A DNA stretch of 64,000 nt, taken from positions 41,540,001-41,604,000 of the forward strand of contig OZ024741.1 of the NCBI GenBank assembly GCA_964016885.1. Reading direction: 5' to 3'. Positions 27,901-41,200 of this stretch are shown piece after piece. The notes below the pieces were generated by a model. That model saw only the letters and a list, made by a program, of their open reading frames with translations, was not told the origin of the DNA and searched no databases. The position numbers were made by a program, and so were the translations under genes. This stretch comes from Eledone cirrhosa. Its lineage: Eukaryota. Each line of letters opens with the position of its first letter. Within the stretch, counting starts at the first letter, position 1.

Positions 27901-28917
27901 ATTTTTTATTTTTTTTTTATTTCACAAATGTTAATACATGTTTCTCGACCAATCTGTCCAACAATGGACTCCTAACACTTGTAGGTGTGAGTCTGAATAA
28001 TTCTGACCTTTAAAATAAATTGTCTTTCTTTTTTCTATTTTTTTTAATCTGTCATCTTCAATTGTTAGGTTACTGGCAGTTAAAAGGAAGTAACACACAA
28101 TACCACATTCTCTCTTTCTATATATATATATTTTAGAATTTGAACCCAAATGCTCCTATAGAAACTATCCCCGTACAGGAAATTGGCTCAGCACTCAATA
28201 GAGAACCAAGAACCAGCAACACTGGTACACATTATGTACATAATACAATGTTTATAACATGCTTATTCCTCAAAGAAGAGGAAACGGTAAGGAGATGTGA
28301 AATCACGAATATTTGATTCCTCATCACGTTCTCAACATACACGGAATTATAACAACTAAGACATTATACACAAAATATATTATAACAACTAAGACATTAT
28401 ACACAAAATATATTATCATCGGCTCTCTATATATATATACACAAAATGTATTGTCATGTATACACAAAACGTATTGTCATATAGTCCTATACGAGCAAGA
28501 CAACCAATCTTGCCTCAAGTGGGAAAATTCCCGTCCAAACCCATGCAAGAGTCGAAGATGGACGTTAAATGATGATGATGATATATATATACATACACAA
28601 TTATTTATATACACAAAATGTATTGTCATATGTACACAATTATTTATATACACAAAATGTATTGTCATATGTATACAATTATTTAGATAGACAAAATGTA
28701 TTGTCATATATATATATATATACATAATTGTTTATATACACAAAATATATCACTTACTGACACAAAACATGTCATCATATATATATATCTACACAATATA
28801 TATTGTCATATATATTTATAGAATTGTTTATATACACAAAATATTATTATATATATACAGAATTGTATATATACAGAATATATTATCATGTACTGTATTT
28901 ATATATACTCAAAACAT

Positions 28918-29004
<87 letters not shown>

Positions 29005-29106
29005 ATTAGTTATATATGCAAAATTTATTGTCATTTATATATACATAATATATAGACAAAATATACTGCCACGTGGTGTGTACAGCTATGTATATCGTCA
29101 TTATCT

Positions 29107-29283
29107 GGCAGTATCAGTAGAGGGTTGGACGCCATGCTTACTAGCATAGTTACGTCCCTTTACGGTTTGAGTTCAAATCCCGTCGAAGTTAACTTTGCCT
29201 TTCATCCTTACGGGGTCGATAAAATAAAGTACCAGTAATGTACTGGGTAATTGCTGGCCTTGTGCCTAAAGTAGAAACAATTA
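29107..29283 (+). mobile_element. SINE S1
   Basis: Full head and body. Confidence 0.8.
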
Positions 29284-29916
29284 TCATTTTATATCTGTTT
29301 TCAGTGCTGGCATAGCTTAGATAGGTCATTATGCTCTGAGTCTGTTTTCACAGTTATTATGTATTATTCATAAATTGCATGTAGGTAGGTCTCTCTGGAA
29401 ATATGGATGTGAGGAGCTGGGGGTATTACATGGCCGTCAAGTGGAGTGGTGGCCAAAAACGTTTCAGGACCTCTGCCATAAAGCATTCTATCCAATTTTC
29501 TAATGACTCTGCCAATTCGCCGCCATACATAATACAGACAAAGTTTGGTTTAACTAATAAATTGGACATTCAAATAAAACATCAACTTTGACCAATGGTC
29601 AGATCTGAGACAATATATAAAACTGAAACAGGATGAATTAAAGAGACTATTACACTAGACAATGAATCACCATATCATCCTAATAAATTAAAGTACATCA
29701 TCAGGAAAATAAAAAACCAGTCCTGGGTGGGTGGATTTGTTAGTGTGACATATAAGATATTTGTTCTAGTGCTCTTGATTCTGAGTTCAATTCTCATTGT
29801 GGTCTATTTCAATGTTAGAATAAATACATATACATATAAATATATAGACATGTATATACTCTTTTACTCTTTTACCTGTTCCAGCCATGCATACATATAT
29901 TTTATTAATATATATA

Positions 29917-30300
29917 GGAGGCACATGGCTTAGTGGTTAAAGGATTGATCTTGTAATCGAAAGGTTGTGAGTTCAATTCTCAGACCGGGTGATGTATTGT
30001 TTCCTTGAGCAAGACACCTTATATCACATTGTTCCAGTTTACTCAGCTTTAGAAATGAGATGATAGGGACTGGGTTCCCTATCATTCCACTGCAAAGTGG
30101 TCGTGGAGATGCCACGACAAAAAAGCACCCAGCACTCACTGTAAAGTGGTCGTGTAGGTGCCATGGAAAAAAAGCACCCAGCACTCACTGTAAATGAGGT
30201 TAGTGTTAGGAAGGGCTTCCAGCTGTAGAAATCAAGCCAGAATCAGTTCCTGTCCCACCCTTGCAAGTAGGGAAAAGCGGACGTAAAATGATGATGATGA
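29917..30300 (+). mobile_element. tRNA-derived SINE S2 with an RTE family B 3' tail
   Basis: Head GGAGGCACATGGCTTAGTGGTTA..GAGTTCAATTCTC. Tail CCCACCCTTGCAAG.AGGGAAAAGCGGACGTAAAA(TGA)n, as in RTE-B. Confidence 0.85.
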
Positions 30301-30324
30301 TACACACACACATATATATATATA

Positions 30325-30657
30325 TCATCATCATTTTTACGTCCGTTTTTCGCTGCTTGCAAGGGTGGGATGGGAACTGATTCTGGCTTGATTTCTACAG
30401 CTGGATGCCCTTCCTAACACTAACCTCATTTACAGTGAGTGCTGGGTGCTTTTTTGCCGTGGCACCTCCACGACCACTTTGCAATGGAATGATAGGGGCC
30501 GCAGTCCCTATCATCTCATTTCTACAGCTGAGTAAACTGGAGCAATGTGAAATAAAGTGTCTTGCTCAAGGAAACAACACATCACCCGGTCTGAGAATTG
30601 AACTCACAATCTTTCGATTGCAAGGCCAATGCTCTAACCACTAAGCCATGTACTTCC
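30325..30657 (-). mobile_element. SINE S2, inverted relative to its neighbour
   Basis: Reverse-complement similarity to 29917-30300. Confidence 0.85.
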
Positions 30658-31180
30658 ACATATATATATAAATGGCTTCTACAGGACTAGAACTGTTTCA
30701 TTCGAGGGAAATCTTTGATATATATAATTCCTAAAACTCTCTTACCACTAGTTTAATATAATGCTACATATAGAAATGTATAAAATATATACAATATACA
30801 TATATATGAGTGTAATATGTAATATATGAATGCGCATGTGAATATGAGATCTATACAAATACACTTGCTTTAGATAAACAATGACCTCTAAGTATATATA
30901 AAAAAGACAAAGAGTATGGTTTCATCTCAACAAAATGACACATTCATACATGCATCCTTACATTCATGTATACATACACTTATAGAAATATTCAATATGC
31001 TATTGTTTACTTCTGGGTTTTCAGTTTTGCAATCTCTGCAAAGTTGACAATGAAAACATAGTCTTTATTAAATATCCAAATTACAAATCACACTTCTATT
31101 CACAAAATATTTCAAACAAACTGTTATATGAAGGTATTATTAAAGCATTTACATGTACATACACACATATATATATACAT

Positions 31181-31251
<71 letters not shown>

Positions 31252-31347
31252 TACATACATATACAGATATGTATTTATATATATGTATATAATATACATA
31301 TATGTATATATACATACATATACAGATATGTATATAATATATATATA

Positions 31348-32838
31348 TAATAATAATAATGAAATTATTGTGTAAAGTGCTCAGGTGCACTACAACTCAT
31401 CAAAGGTGCATGTATAGTACATAGAATAATATACAAATGTCAGGGATGTGAACAGTGTATGAGTCATGATATACATGTGTGTATGTGTATGGAGGGGAAT
31501 ATTAGGTGAAGTGTTGGCGAATCTCGGGAAGGATGGAGGTTTTAAAGGATGCAGTGTCTCGACAGCTAACAACTGATGCAGGTAGTTTGTTCCATGCTTC
31601 AGCAACTCTGAGGGTGAAAAAATGTTTCCAAAAGTCATGGGAGCTGTGCTGTTTTCTGACTTTGTGGACATGTCCACGTGTGTTAGACACATGGAAATCA
31701 AAAAGGTACTCAGGGTTGTTGTTGGCAAGATGGTTAACAATTTTGTGGGCGTTTACCAAGTCAGTTGCCAGGCATCGGAGCTTTAGTGTATCCATGCCCA
31801 GGGAAACAAGGCGTTCAGAGTATGGTAGATGCCTGATGGAGGTTATTCACTTGGTTGCACGTCTCTGAACAGTTTCCAGGCAGTCAATGTTCTGAGCAAG
31901 ATAGGGGTTCCAGACTGGTGATGCAAATTCTAAGTGTGGCCGCACCATAGTCATTTACAGCTTAAATAGATAGCTGGAGAGTGGCTGACAAAGGTCTTGC
32001 TGAGTGATGCTAAGACACCCTCAGCCCTCTTGACAATTTTAAAGACGTACTTCATCCAACGCAAATCGCTGCTGACCGTAATGCCCAGGTCACTTTCACA
32101 AGAAGACTTCTTGATATTAGTGCTGTGGAGGGAGTATGTGAACGTTGGTTTTTACTCCCAAAATGCATGGTGGTGCACTTGTCCACAGCTAGCTTGAGTT
32201 GCCAGTCTGAGATCCATTGTTGCATTGTGTCCAGGTCAGACTGCAAGCAAGATCTATAGTGTTCAGGATCTGTCCTTTTTATCTCAAGGTACAGCTTGAT
32301 GTCATCTGTGTACTTTAGTACTGTGGGATTATTTAAGTTGGCATCTAAGTCATTAATATATGCCACAAACAAAAGGGGACCAAGAACATATCCTGTGGTA
32401 CACCAGATGATATCTCATATGGTGAGAAATGCTGTCCCAGAACCGTGACTACCTCTCTTTGACTGAGAATGAAGGACTTCAACCAGTTAAAAAGATCATC
32501 CTTCACACCCATTGCAGAGAGTTTTGCCATAAGCCTTTTGTGTGGCACAGAATTGAAAGCTTTCGCAAAGTCAAGGTAAACAAAATGCTCCCATGAGCCG
32601 CCATCAGTGATCCGGATGATGTCCTCAAGAAACTCGATAAGTTGATCACAGCAGCTGGAGTTGGGGATATATCCAAATTGCGAGGGCCGGATAAGACTGT
32701 GAGAGCTCCAGAAGTTCCAAAGTGTTTCTCTGACATAGGATTCCATCAGTTTGGCGATGCAACTAGTAAGACTGACTGGATGATAGTTCACAGGTGATGT
32801 GCGGTCACCCATTTAGAACAGAGGAATGACACTGGCAG
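31348..32838 (-). mobile_element. CR1-group LINE, 5'-truncated and frameshifted
   Basis: NYHPVSLTS, YLDFAKAFNSVPH, SGVPQ, YTDDIK, NTRGH..FFTLRVAEAWNKLP across frames. (ATT)n tail. Confidence 0.9.
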
Positions 32839-33182
32839 TTATATACATATATATATACATATATATATATACATATACATATATATACATATGCGTATAT
32901 ATACATATCCATATATATACATATATATACATATGCATATATATACATATATATATACATATTTATATACATATATGTACATATGCATATACATATGCAT
33001 ATATATACATATATATACATATGCATATATATACATATATATACAAATGCATATATATACATATATATACATATATATAAACATATATATATATACATAT
33101 ATACATATACATATATATACATACATATATACATATATATATATACATATATATATATATACATATATATATACAAATATAC

Positions 33183-33213
<31 letters not shown>

Positions 33214-33374
33214 CATATATATATATACATATATATACATATATATATATATACATATATATACATATAGATATATACATATATAAACATATGCATATAT
33301 ATACATATGCATATATATACATATATATACATATACATATATATATACATATATATCTACATAAATATACATAT

Positions 33375-34718
33375 ATCATCATCAACATCATCATCATCGT
33401 TTAACGTCTGTGTTCCATGCTTGCATGGGTTTGGACGGGAGTTTTCCCACTTGAGGCAAGAGTGGTTGTCTTGCTCGTATAGGACTGTCTGGCGGGTTTT
33501 CTACAGCTGGATGCCCTTCCTAACACCAACCACATTTACAGTGTGGGCTGGGAGGTTTTTACCGTGTTGCCTACACGGCCACATTAGAGCGGGGTCAGTG
33601 TGTTTTTTTTGTCGTGACACCTACACGATCTCATTTGTTTCGGCCTGGATGTTGTGGCACCAACATAACTTTACATTGAAAGGGGCGGTGTGGATGGAGT
33701 GGGGGTGGTGGGACGGGGGTGTATTTTGTTAGAGATGCCTCCTGACTGTAGTAGGTTTTACTTTGTATTTAGGTAAGGCGGGTCTTCTTTATTACTGAGT
33801 ACCGCCAAAGGTCTCAGTTCAGTGACATTGTCTTGGAGAGGTGTAAGTGTGTGAGGTCGCAATTTATCAGCTCGTCCCAAATTTTTCTGGGTCTGCCTAC
33901 TCCGTAGCTACTGTCCATCTTTATTGCCCTGCACTTTGTTATACAGCTGTCGTCTTTCATGCGCATCACGTGACCATACCAACGTAGCCTTCTCTCGAGT
34001 AAACAACATCTGATCCCTCTTATTTCTAATTTTTTCCTTAGTTCGTTTATGCTTTGCCGTTCACGTATATTACTATTACACATCCAGCGGAGCATGCTGG
34101 CTTCGTTCCTCTCTAGTCTGCGTATATCCTCTGAACACAATGCCCAGGTCTCACTGCCATACAACATTGCTGTTTGTATGCAGGCATCATACAACCTGCC
34201 TTTCATTTTTAGGGAGAACCCTTTAGCGGCTAATAGTGGTATAAGCTCTCTGAACTTTTTACATCCAGTTCTGACTCTAGCTACTGTACTTTCAGAGCAC
34301 CCTCCCTCACTGCTGATTTTGTCACCCAGGTAACGGAAGCTGTCCACTATTTCTATAGAACCCTCTGCGCAATTGAAAGAGCTAGTATTTTGTGGGCACT
34401 TGCTGCTACTTATTGCACCAGAGCACCGGCCACATGTAAAATCTATGTTCTTAGTTAGCTTACCTGTGATCCCACTACATCTTTTATGCACCGATACTTT
34501 GCATTTGGGACATAAAATGGAGTTTCTACCTACGCCTTTCCTACACACTGAGCATGGCCATTTCCCGGAAGGGACCGGCGCCTTATTTTCTTTCCTACAA
34601 ACTAGAACTTTAGTCTTAGCCAGGTTAATTTTAAGGCCTTTTGATTCTAGGCCGTGCTTCCATGTTTGGAATTTCTTCTGTAGCTCGGCCATTGATTCAG
34701 CTATGAGCGTTAGATCAT
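33375..34718 (-). mobile_element. RTE family A copy, 5'-truncated at YADD
   Basis: ORF 33814-34992 matches the family A C-terminus. Full 3' UTR and (GAT)n tail. Inside (TA)n. Confidence 0.93.
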
Positions 34719-35060
34719 ACATACATATATAAACATATATATATATATATACATACATATATATATATATATACATACATATATATACATATATACATAT
34801 ATATACATACATATATATACATATATACATATATATACATACATATATATATATATATACATACATATATATATATACATACATATATATATATATACAT
34901 ATATATACATACATATATATATATATATACATATATATACATACATATATATATATATATACATATATATACATACATATATATATATACATATATATTT
35001 ATACATATATATATATACATATATATTTATACATATATATATATACATATATATACATAC

Positions 35061-35091
<31 letters not shown>

Positions 35092-35166
35092 CATATATAT
35101 ACATACATATATATATATATACATACATATATATATATACATATATATATACATATATATATATAC

Positions 35167-35235
<69 letters not shown>

Positions 35236-35241
35236 CATACA

Positions 35242-35327
<86 letters not shown>

Positions 35328-35434
35328 CATATATATATATATATATATACATACATATATATATATACACATACATATATATATATACATATATATATAT
35401 ACATACATATATATATATACATATATATATACAC

Positions 35435-35500
<66 letters not shown>

Positions 35501-35554
35501 CGGCGATGAATTAGTTTTGCGATGTTTTTTATATGAAATCGTGTGTCGAAACAA

Positions 35555-36217
35555 ATATTGTTATACTTGGGGAGGGTCATATTTGTGTAATATTGCCAGA
35601 ATTAATAACAGAACACACTCACTTAAACAGAAAGAATGAATGGAATAACAACAACACCCAAACAAACAACACTGACCTCAGGGAAGTATAAATAAATAAA
35701 TAAATAGATAAATAAATAAATAAATAAATACATACACAAGCACAATAACAACAAACACATATAAACACACACTAGTAAAGATAGAATACATTAACCAATA
35801 CACAGTCACCCAATCACGAACACACATCAAACAAAACACTATACACACACGCAAACGCATGAGCAAAGAAGACAAAATAAAATAAACAAACAAACAAATA
35901 AATAAATGATATATAAACAGACTAAATAAAGATGGCGTAGACATACAATGTAACGGGAGGAAACAATAGCACCACTGACGATGTTGCAGATGTGCAACGA
36001 AAGAACTTTGATAAACTCTGTATATGTGTTTGTGTCTATATTATATCTGTATTATTTTTGACCGTTGGTCAGTCAATGGCAACATTGAGGACCGAATAAA
36101 TTAGATTACCGATATAAAAGACAGACGCGAAAAGCGAAAACCAACCAAACAGTGAGTGTGTTGTTATTAATTCTGGCAATATTACACAAATATGACTCTC
36201 CCCAAATATAACAATAT
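35555..36217. mobile_element. Unclassified non-autonomous element with about 68-bp terminal inverted repeats
   Basis: 35555-35622 vs 36152-36217 (ATATTGTTATACTTGGGGAGGGTCATATTTGTG...) with a few mismatches and one indel. Confidence 0.7.
35970..36013 (+). ncRNA. Minimal hammerhead-like motif (stems I and III weak)
   Basis: CTGACGA-t-GTTGCA gatg TGCAAC-GAAA. Confidence 0.45.
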
Positions 36218-36325
36218 ATATACATATATATATGCAAAAGTTCTATTTAAAATTGTTGGGATACAACAAGTAAATATTTTTATAACTGATATAAAGCACT
36301 CGACAAATTTTTGGAGTAGATATAC

Positions 36326-36690
36326 GATATTAATAAATGGAAACTTTATTTATAAAACCATATTTATTTCATTATACATATTTCAGGGATACCACATTAA
36401 ATTATGGTATGCCTTCATCAGACAAAATACAATATATAACAGTTTTACAAATAGGTTTGACGTACCCTTTAAAATACAACCATTACTTTTGGAGGCTGTC
36501 TGGATAGTCTATCCAGACAGCCTCCAAAAGTAATGGTTGTATTTTAAAGGGTACGTCAAACCTATTTGTAAAACTGTTATATATTGTATTTTGTCTGATG
36601 AAGGCATACCATAATTTAATGTGGTATCCCTGAAATATGTATAATGAAATAAATATGGTTTTATAAATATAGTTTCCATTTATTAATATC
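36326..36690. repeat. Near-perfect palindrome (182-bp arms, 1-nt spacer) of a Penelope-like end
   Basis: Centre at 36508 (GGATAG-T-CTATCC). One arm mismatch seen. The same peptide appears on both strands in the ORF track. Confidence 0.93.
36587..36651 (+). ncRNA. Minimal type-I hammerhead ribozyme; mirror copy on the minus strand at 36365-36429
   Basis: TATTTTGT-CTGATGA-AGG CATACCATA..TGTGGTAT CCCT-GAAA-TATGTA-TA-ATGAAATA. Confidence 0.7.
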
Positions 36691-36728
36691 ATATATATAT
36701 ATATATATATATACATATATATACAAAC

Positions 36729-36779
<51 letters not shown>

Positions 36780-36842
36780 CATATATATATACATATATGG
36801 TGGCTGCCAACTCGTTTTCGAGTACGGCCACTACTTTACATC

Positions 36843-38922
36843 TGTAGCGGTTGTCTCCCTTGTTTTGATTAGGATCTAGACGGGAAGTGGAACCCTTTCT
36901 GCAACTTCCGGTCAGAGCCCTATAAAACTAACAACTTTAAGCTTCCTTTCTCTCTTTGCCTTTTCGGCACCAGGTCAAGAGTCTTCTCATTTGGCTCTGC
37001 CATTAATTTGGCCAACAGGCGCCTGGCCTTAGCCAGGCGCCCTCTGCCAGCCGCGTTTGCCTGGCAATCAAAACGGTAACTACTATCTTTGTTTCATTCT
37101 AACATCTATCTTTGACATGTCAAGTATTCTATCTACCGTTAATTAAATATTATATACACAAACAATGTCTCGTTTTGTTACATTCATACACCCAGTATCC
37201 TCGCTATATTGGTAACCCTGACGTGATACGAATACGCAGCCGTTCATCGCTATAAGGGTCACCCCCCCAAAAAAAAGGAAAAAAATAGCACATCTGGTTT
37301 TGTGAGTAACATTACGAATACACAGCAAATTTAGCGACAAACTATGAAAATACTCAAGGACACGCACACACGCACATGTGGAATTCGCACAGACATACTT
37401 TTTCTCTCACGCATCAATTAACTGTCGCATTTCACCAATATATATATATATGTTTCTCGTTTCTTACAACGAACACTTTCAAAACAAAAAAAAACATTTC
37501 ACGATATATATATATGGTTCTCGTTTCTTACAACGAACTCTTTCAAAACACAAAAAAAAAAAAGAAATTTGATATTCTTTAAAAAACATTTCAACAGGAA
37601 CATTTATTTTCGATGAACCATTGCCTTTTGTTCTTCGTTTTCTTCATCGTTCAAGTTTTTTGTTTTTTTCCAAAGTTCACACCTATAATTATGCTGATTG
37701 AAGCCTTTCTTTTTCATTATTGTCACTTTCAAAATTGCACTATCATTTTCTCGCGCGTTAGAAATATTTTTTTTTCAACCTTGTATTGGCACGTGTGGGC
37801 AGCATAAATTCTCGATTCACTGAGATGTCTCTACTCACAGACAGCCGCACGCCATTTATCACCAGGGATTCTTCAGCCTTAAGCTATATTCTTCTATTTG
37901 CCGGTTTATAAATTTACAATGTAAATTTACCGTTGATAACCGCGCATTTATTAAGAATGCTTATTTCTCTGGTCGCTGGCCTCTTGACCCTTCCAGGTCA
38001 ACGCATTCTCAACATCGACCATCAACTTCGGCTGCTATTTCTAGCACTTTGCGCAACTCATTTTTTCTAAAAAAAAATTTTTTACTGTGAATTTAAACAC
38101 CGAATACGCTCACTCAGCGAGACAACAGCAGCAGCAACAGCAATACATCAATACAGTTTCACCAAAGCCAGAGAATTCATTTTTGCAGCACTCTTCCTGT
38201 GAGAAAATCCATTCGGAGGTTGGAAATTTCACGATATACCACAGAACAGAAACCACCTGCATTCATTCTCTGGAACACACTTTCTTTCCTGCTGTCATGT
38301 GATTGCACACCTGTGAACTATATGTTGAACTTTGAGCTCTTCTATTACTTTTACTTTATTACATTGTATCTTTGGGTGATGGATAGATGGATGTCCAGTC
38401 GTTCTCTGGCCAAGAGCGGTTGGCTACCTTGATATCTATCATTGATTTTTCCAAACATTCTTTTGTCGTAATTTTCATGCCTGTTACAACATTCTCGCCA
38501 ACTTGCTACATATTTTCATTTCGATTTTTATACACTAAAATTCTGGTGGGAGGTTATGTAGCGGTTGTCTCCCTTGTTTTGATTAGGATCTAGACGGGAA
38601 GTGGAACCCTTTCTGCAACTTCCGGTCAGAGCCCTATAAAACTAACAACTTTAAGCTTCCTTTCTCTCTTTGCCTTTTCGGCACCAGGTCAAGAGTCTTC
38701 TCATTTGGCTCTGCCATTAATTTGGCCAACAGGCGCCTGGCCTTAGCCAGGCGCCCTCTGCCAGCCGCGTTTGCCTGGCAATCAAAACGGTAACTACTAA
38801 CTTTGTTTCATTCTAACATCTATCTTTGACATGTCAAGTATTCTATCTACCGTTAATTAAATATTATATACACAAACAATGTCTCGTTTTGTTACATTCA
38901 TACACCCAGTATCCTCGCTATA
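36843..38922 (+). mobile_element. Non-autonomous Gypsy-like LTR retroelement
   Basis: 366-bp LTRs (36843-37208, 38557-38922) with one difference seen. 4-bp TSD CATC. PBS TGGTAACCCTGACGTGAT (tRNA-Trp-like, from 37210). PPT-like TGGTGGGAGG before the 3' LTR. No long internal ORF. Confidence 0.93.
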
Positions 38923-38926
38923 CATC

Positions 38927-39468
38927 CATGTAGGAGAACCCCTACCGATGGGCTGAACGAGTGTGACTTTTTAGGCCAGCCAACGACTTGAAAACTCTTG
39001 TACAAACGCTACAATTTTGACAATTAGTGACACATAGTGCTGGGCCCATGGTACCATGTGACGACAAGTACAGAGAGATCTCCAGATGTAAATCAATGCC
39101 TGTGCCATGAAGCTTTTATAGTGAGCAAAGGCACTGCACAAAGCCAGTCGCACTCTCTTAACCAAGATGATATTTACCAAAAAGAAGAACAAGTCAACAT
39201 CATTGGATACCATCAGGGTTGCAGGTGTTATATCAGAGTTTTCCTTCTCCTAGAATTCAGCCTTGACAAAGACTAAGGGGTCATCTCTCCCGCTGAATTT
39301 GGATGGCCATTGACTCTTAAGAGCTCCTATGCTCTTTGACAGGTTTTGTTTTTAATCCTGCAGCATGTCCAAAGTCACCCTCCTCACCAAGAAACCTTGG
39401 TGGGGTTGCCAGTTAAGTTGCCAATGACCCAACCATGAGGCAGGTTTTACTGGGATATATGTTACCAG

Positions 39469-39470
<2 letters not shown>
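38927..39470 (-). pseudogene. Possible DIRS-type tyrosine recombinase remnant, interrupted by the LTR element (left part 36798-36842)
   Basis: Fragmentary similarity only: PHQGFL, RVRLALCSAFAH..IWRSLCT..HY. Confidence 0.35.
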
Positions 39471-39520
<50 letters not shown>

Positions 39521-39555
39521 ATACATACATAGATATACATACATATATATATATG

Positions 39556-39634
<79 letters not shown>

Positions 39635-39646
39635 ATATATACATAC

Positions 39647-39682
<36 letters not shown>

Positions 39683-39939
39683 ATATATACATATATGTAC
39701 ATATATATACATATATACGTATATATACATATATATATATATAAAAACAAACATAAATTATCGAGATTCGTATTTCGGCCCACGAAATAACGAAAAACAA
39801 CCTCCGAGATGTGCGGCAAGTGTTCAATGATTCAGATGAACCAGAGCTATAACAAACGTTAAAGGCCAAACACACTGAGCCGATGGTTAAACAATCATCC
39901 GCATAGCCAAAAAAACGTTCAAGTAATTCGGGTATTGAA

Positions 39940-40013
<74 letters not shown>

Positions 40014-40040
40014 TATACATATATATATATATATATATTC

Positions 40041-40071
<31 letters not shown>

Positions 40072-40209
40072 CATATAAATGAGAGGTATAGAGATTGTTT
40101 TAGCGAGAAGCTAACAGCATTCTATAACATATATGTGACTATAGCGTCAAGATGGGAAAATTAGTTAACGTAGGATTTAGGAAAAATAATTCAAACTCAT
40201 CTCAAAATG

Positions 40210-40241
<32 letters not shown>

Positions 40242-40249
40242 CATATATA

Positions 40250-40793
40250 TCATCATCATCATCATCATCATCAACGTTTAACGTCCGTGTTCCACGCTTG
40301 CATGGGTTTGGACGGGGGTTTTCCCACTTGAGGCAGGAGTGATTGTCTTGCTCGCATAGGACTGTCTGGCAGGTTTTCTACAGTTGGATGCCCTTCCTAA
40401 CACCAACCACATTTACAGTGTGGGTCTGGGAGGTTTTTACCGTGTTGCCTACACGGCCACATTACAGCGTGGACTGTGTGTTTTTTTGTCGTGACACCTA
40501 CACGATCTCATTTGTTTCGGCCTGGATGGTGTAGCACCAACATAACTTTACATAGAAGGGGGCGATGTGGATGGGGTGGGGGTGGTGGGACGGGGGTGTA
40601 TTTTGTTAGAGATGCCTACTGACTGTAATAGGTTTTACTATGTATTTAGGTAAGGCGGGTCTTCTCTATTTCTGAGTACCGCCAAAGGTCTCGGTCCAGT
40701 GACATAGTCTTGGAGAGGTGTAAGTGTGTGAGGTCGGAGTTTATCAGCTCGTCCCAGGTTTTTCTAGGTCTGCCTATTCCGTGGCTACCGTCT
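40250..40793 (-). mobile_element. RTE family A, short 3' copy
   Basis: [19 protein letters not shown], 3' UTR and (GAT)n tail. Confidence 0.9.
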
Positions 40794-40831
40794 ATATATA
40801 TATATATATACATATGTATATATATATATAC

Positions 40832-40966
<135 letters not shown>

Positions 40967-41047
40967 AAACACACGCAACAGTTGCTTTCACTTCAATTTA
41001 TTATAATTTAAATTAATATATATATACAGATGATGATGATGATGATA

Positions 41048-41099
<52 letters not shown>

Positions 41100-41139
41100 A
41101 ATATATATATACATATACATATATGTATATATATGTATG

Positions 41140-41171
<32 letters not shown>

Positions 41172-41200
41172 CATATATATACATATATATATATACATAC

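Noticed and set aside
29917-29990. tRNA genes at SINE heads
   Set aside because: A/B boxes are present but there is no complete cloverleaf, and each runs into a SINE body.
30672-30756. Minus-strand ACTAG-TGGTAAG..GAAAC-AGTT-CTAGT as a hammerhead (flank shared with about 13705-13725)
   Set aside because: Core and stem II are too degenerate to call.
39745-39940. TA-embedded insert with GGCC-GAAA-TACGAA-TC on the minus strand
   Set aside because: No convincing CUGANGA-type core or stem I. Probably a repeat fragment, but unassignable.
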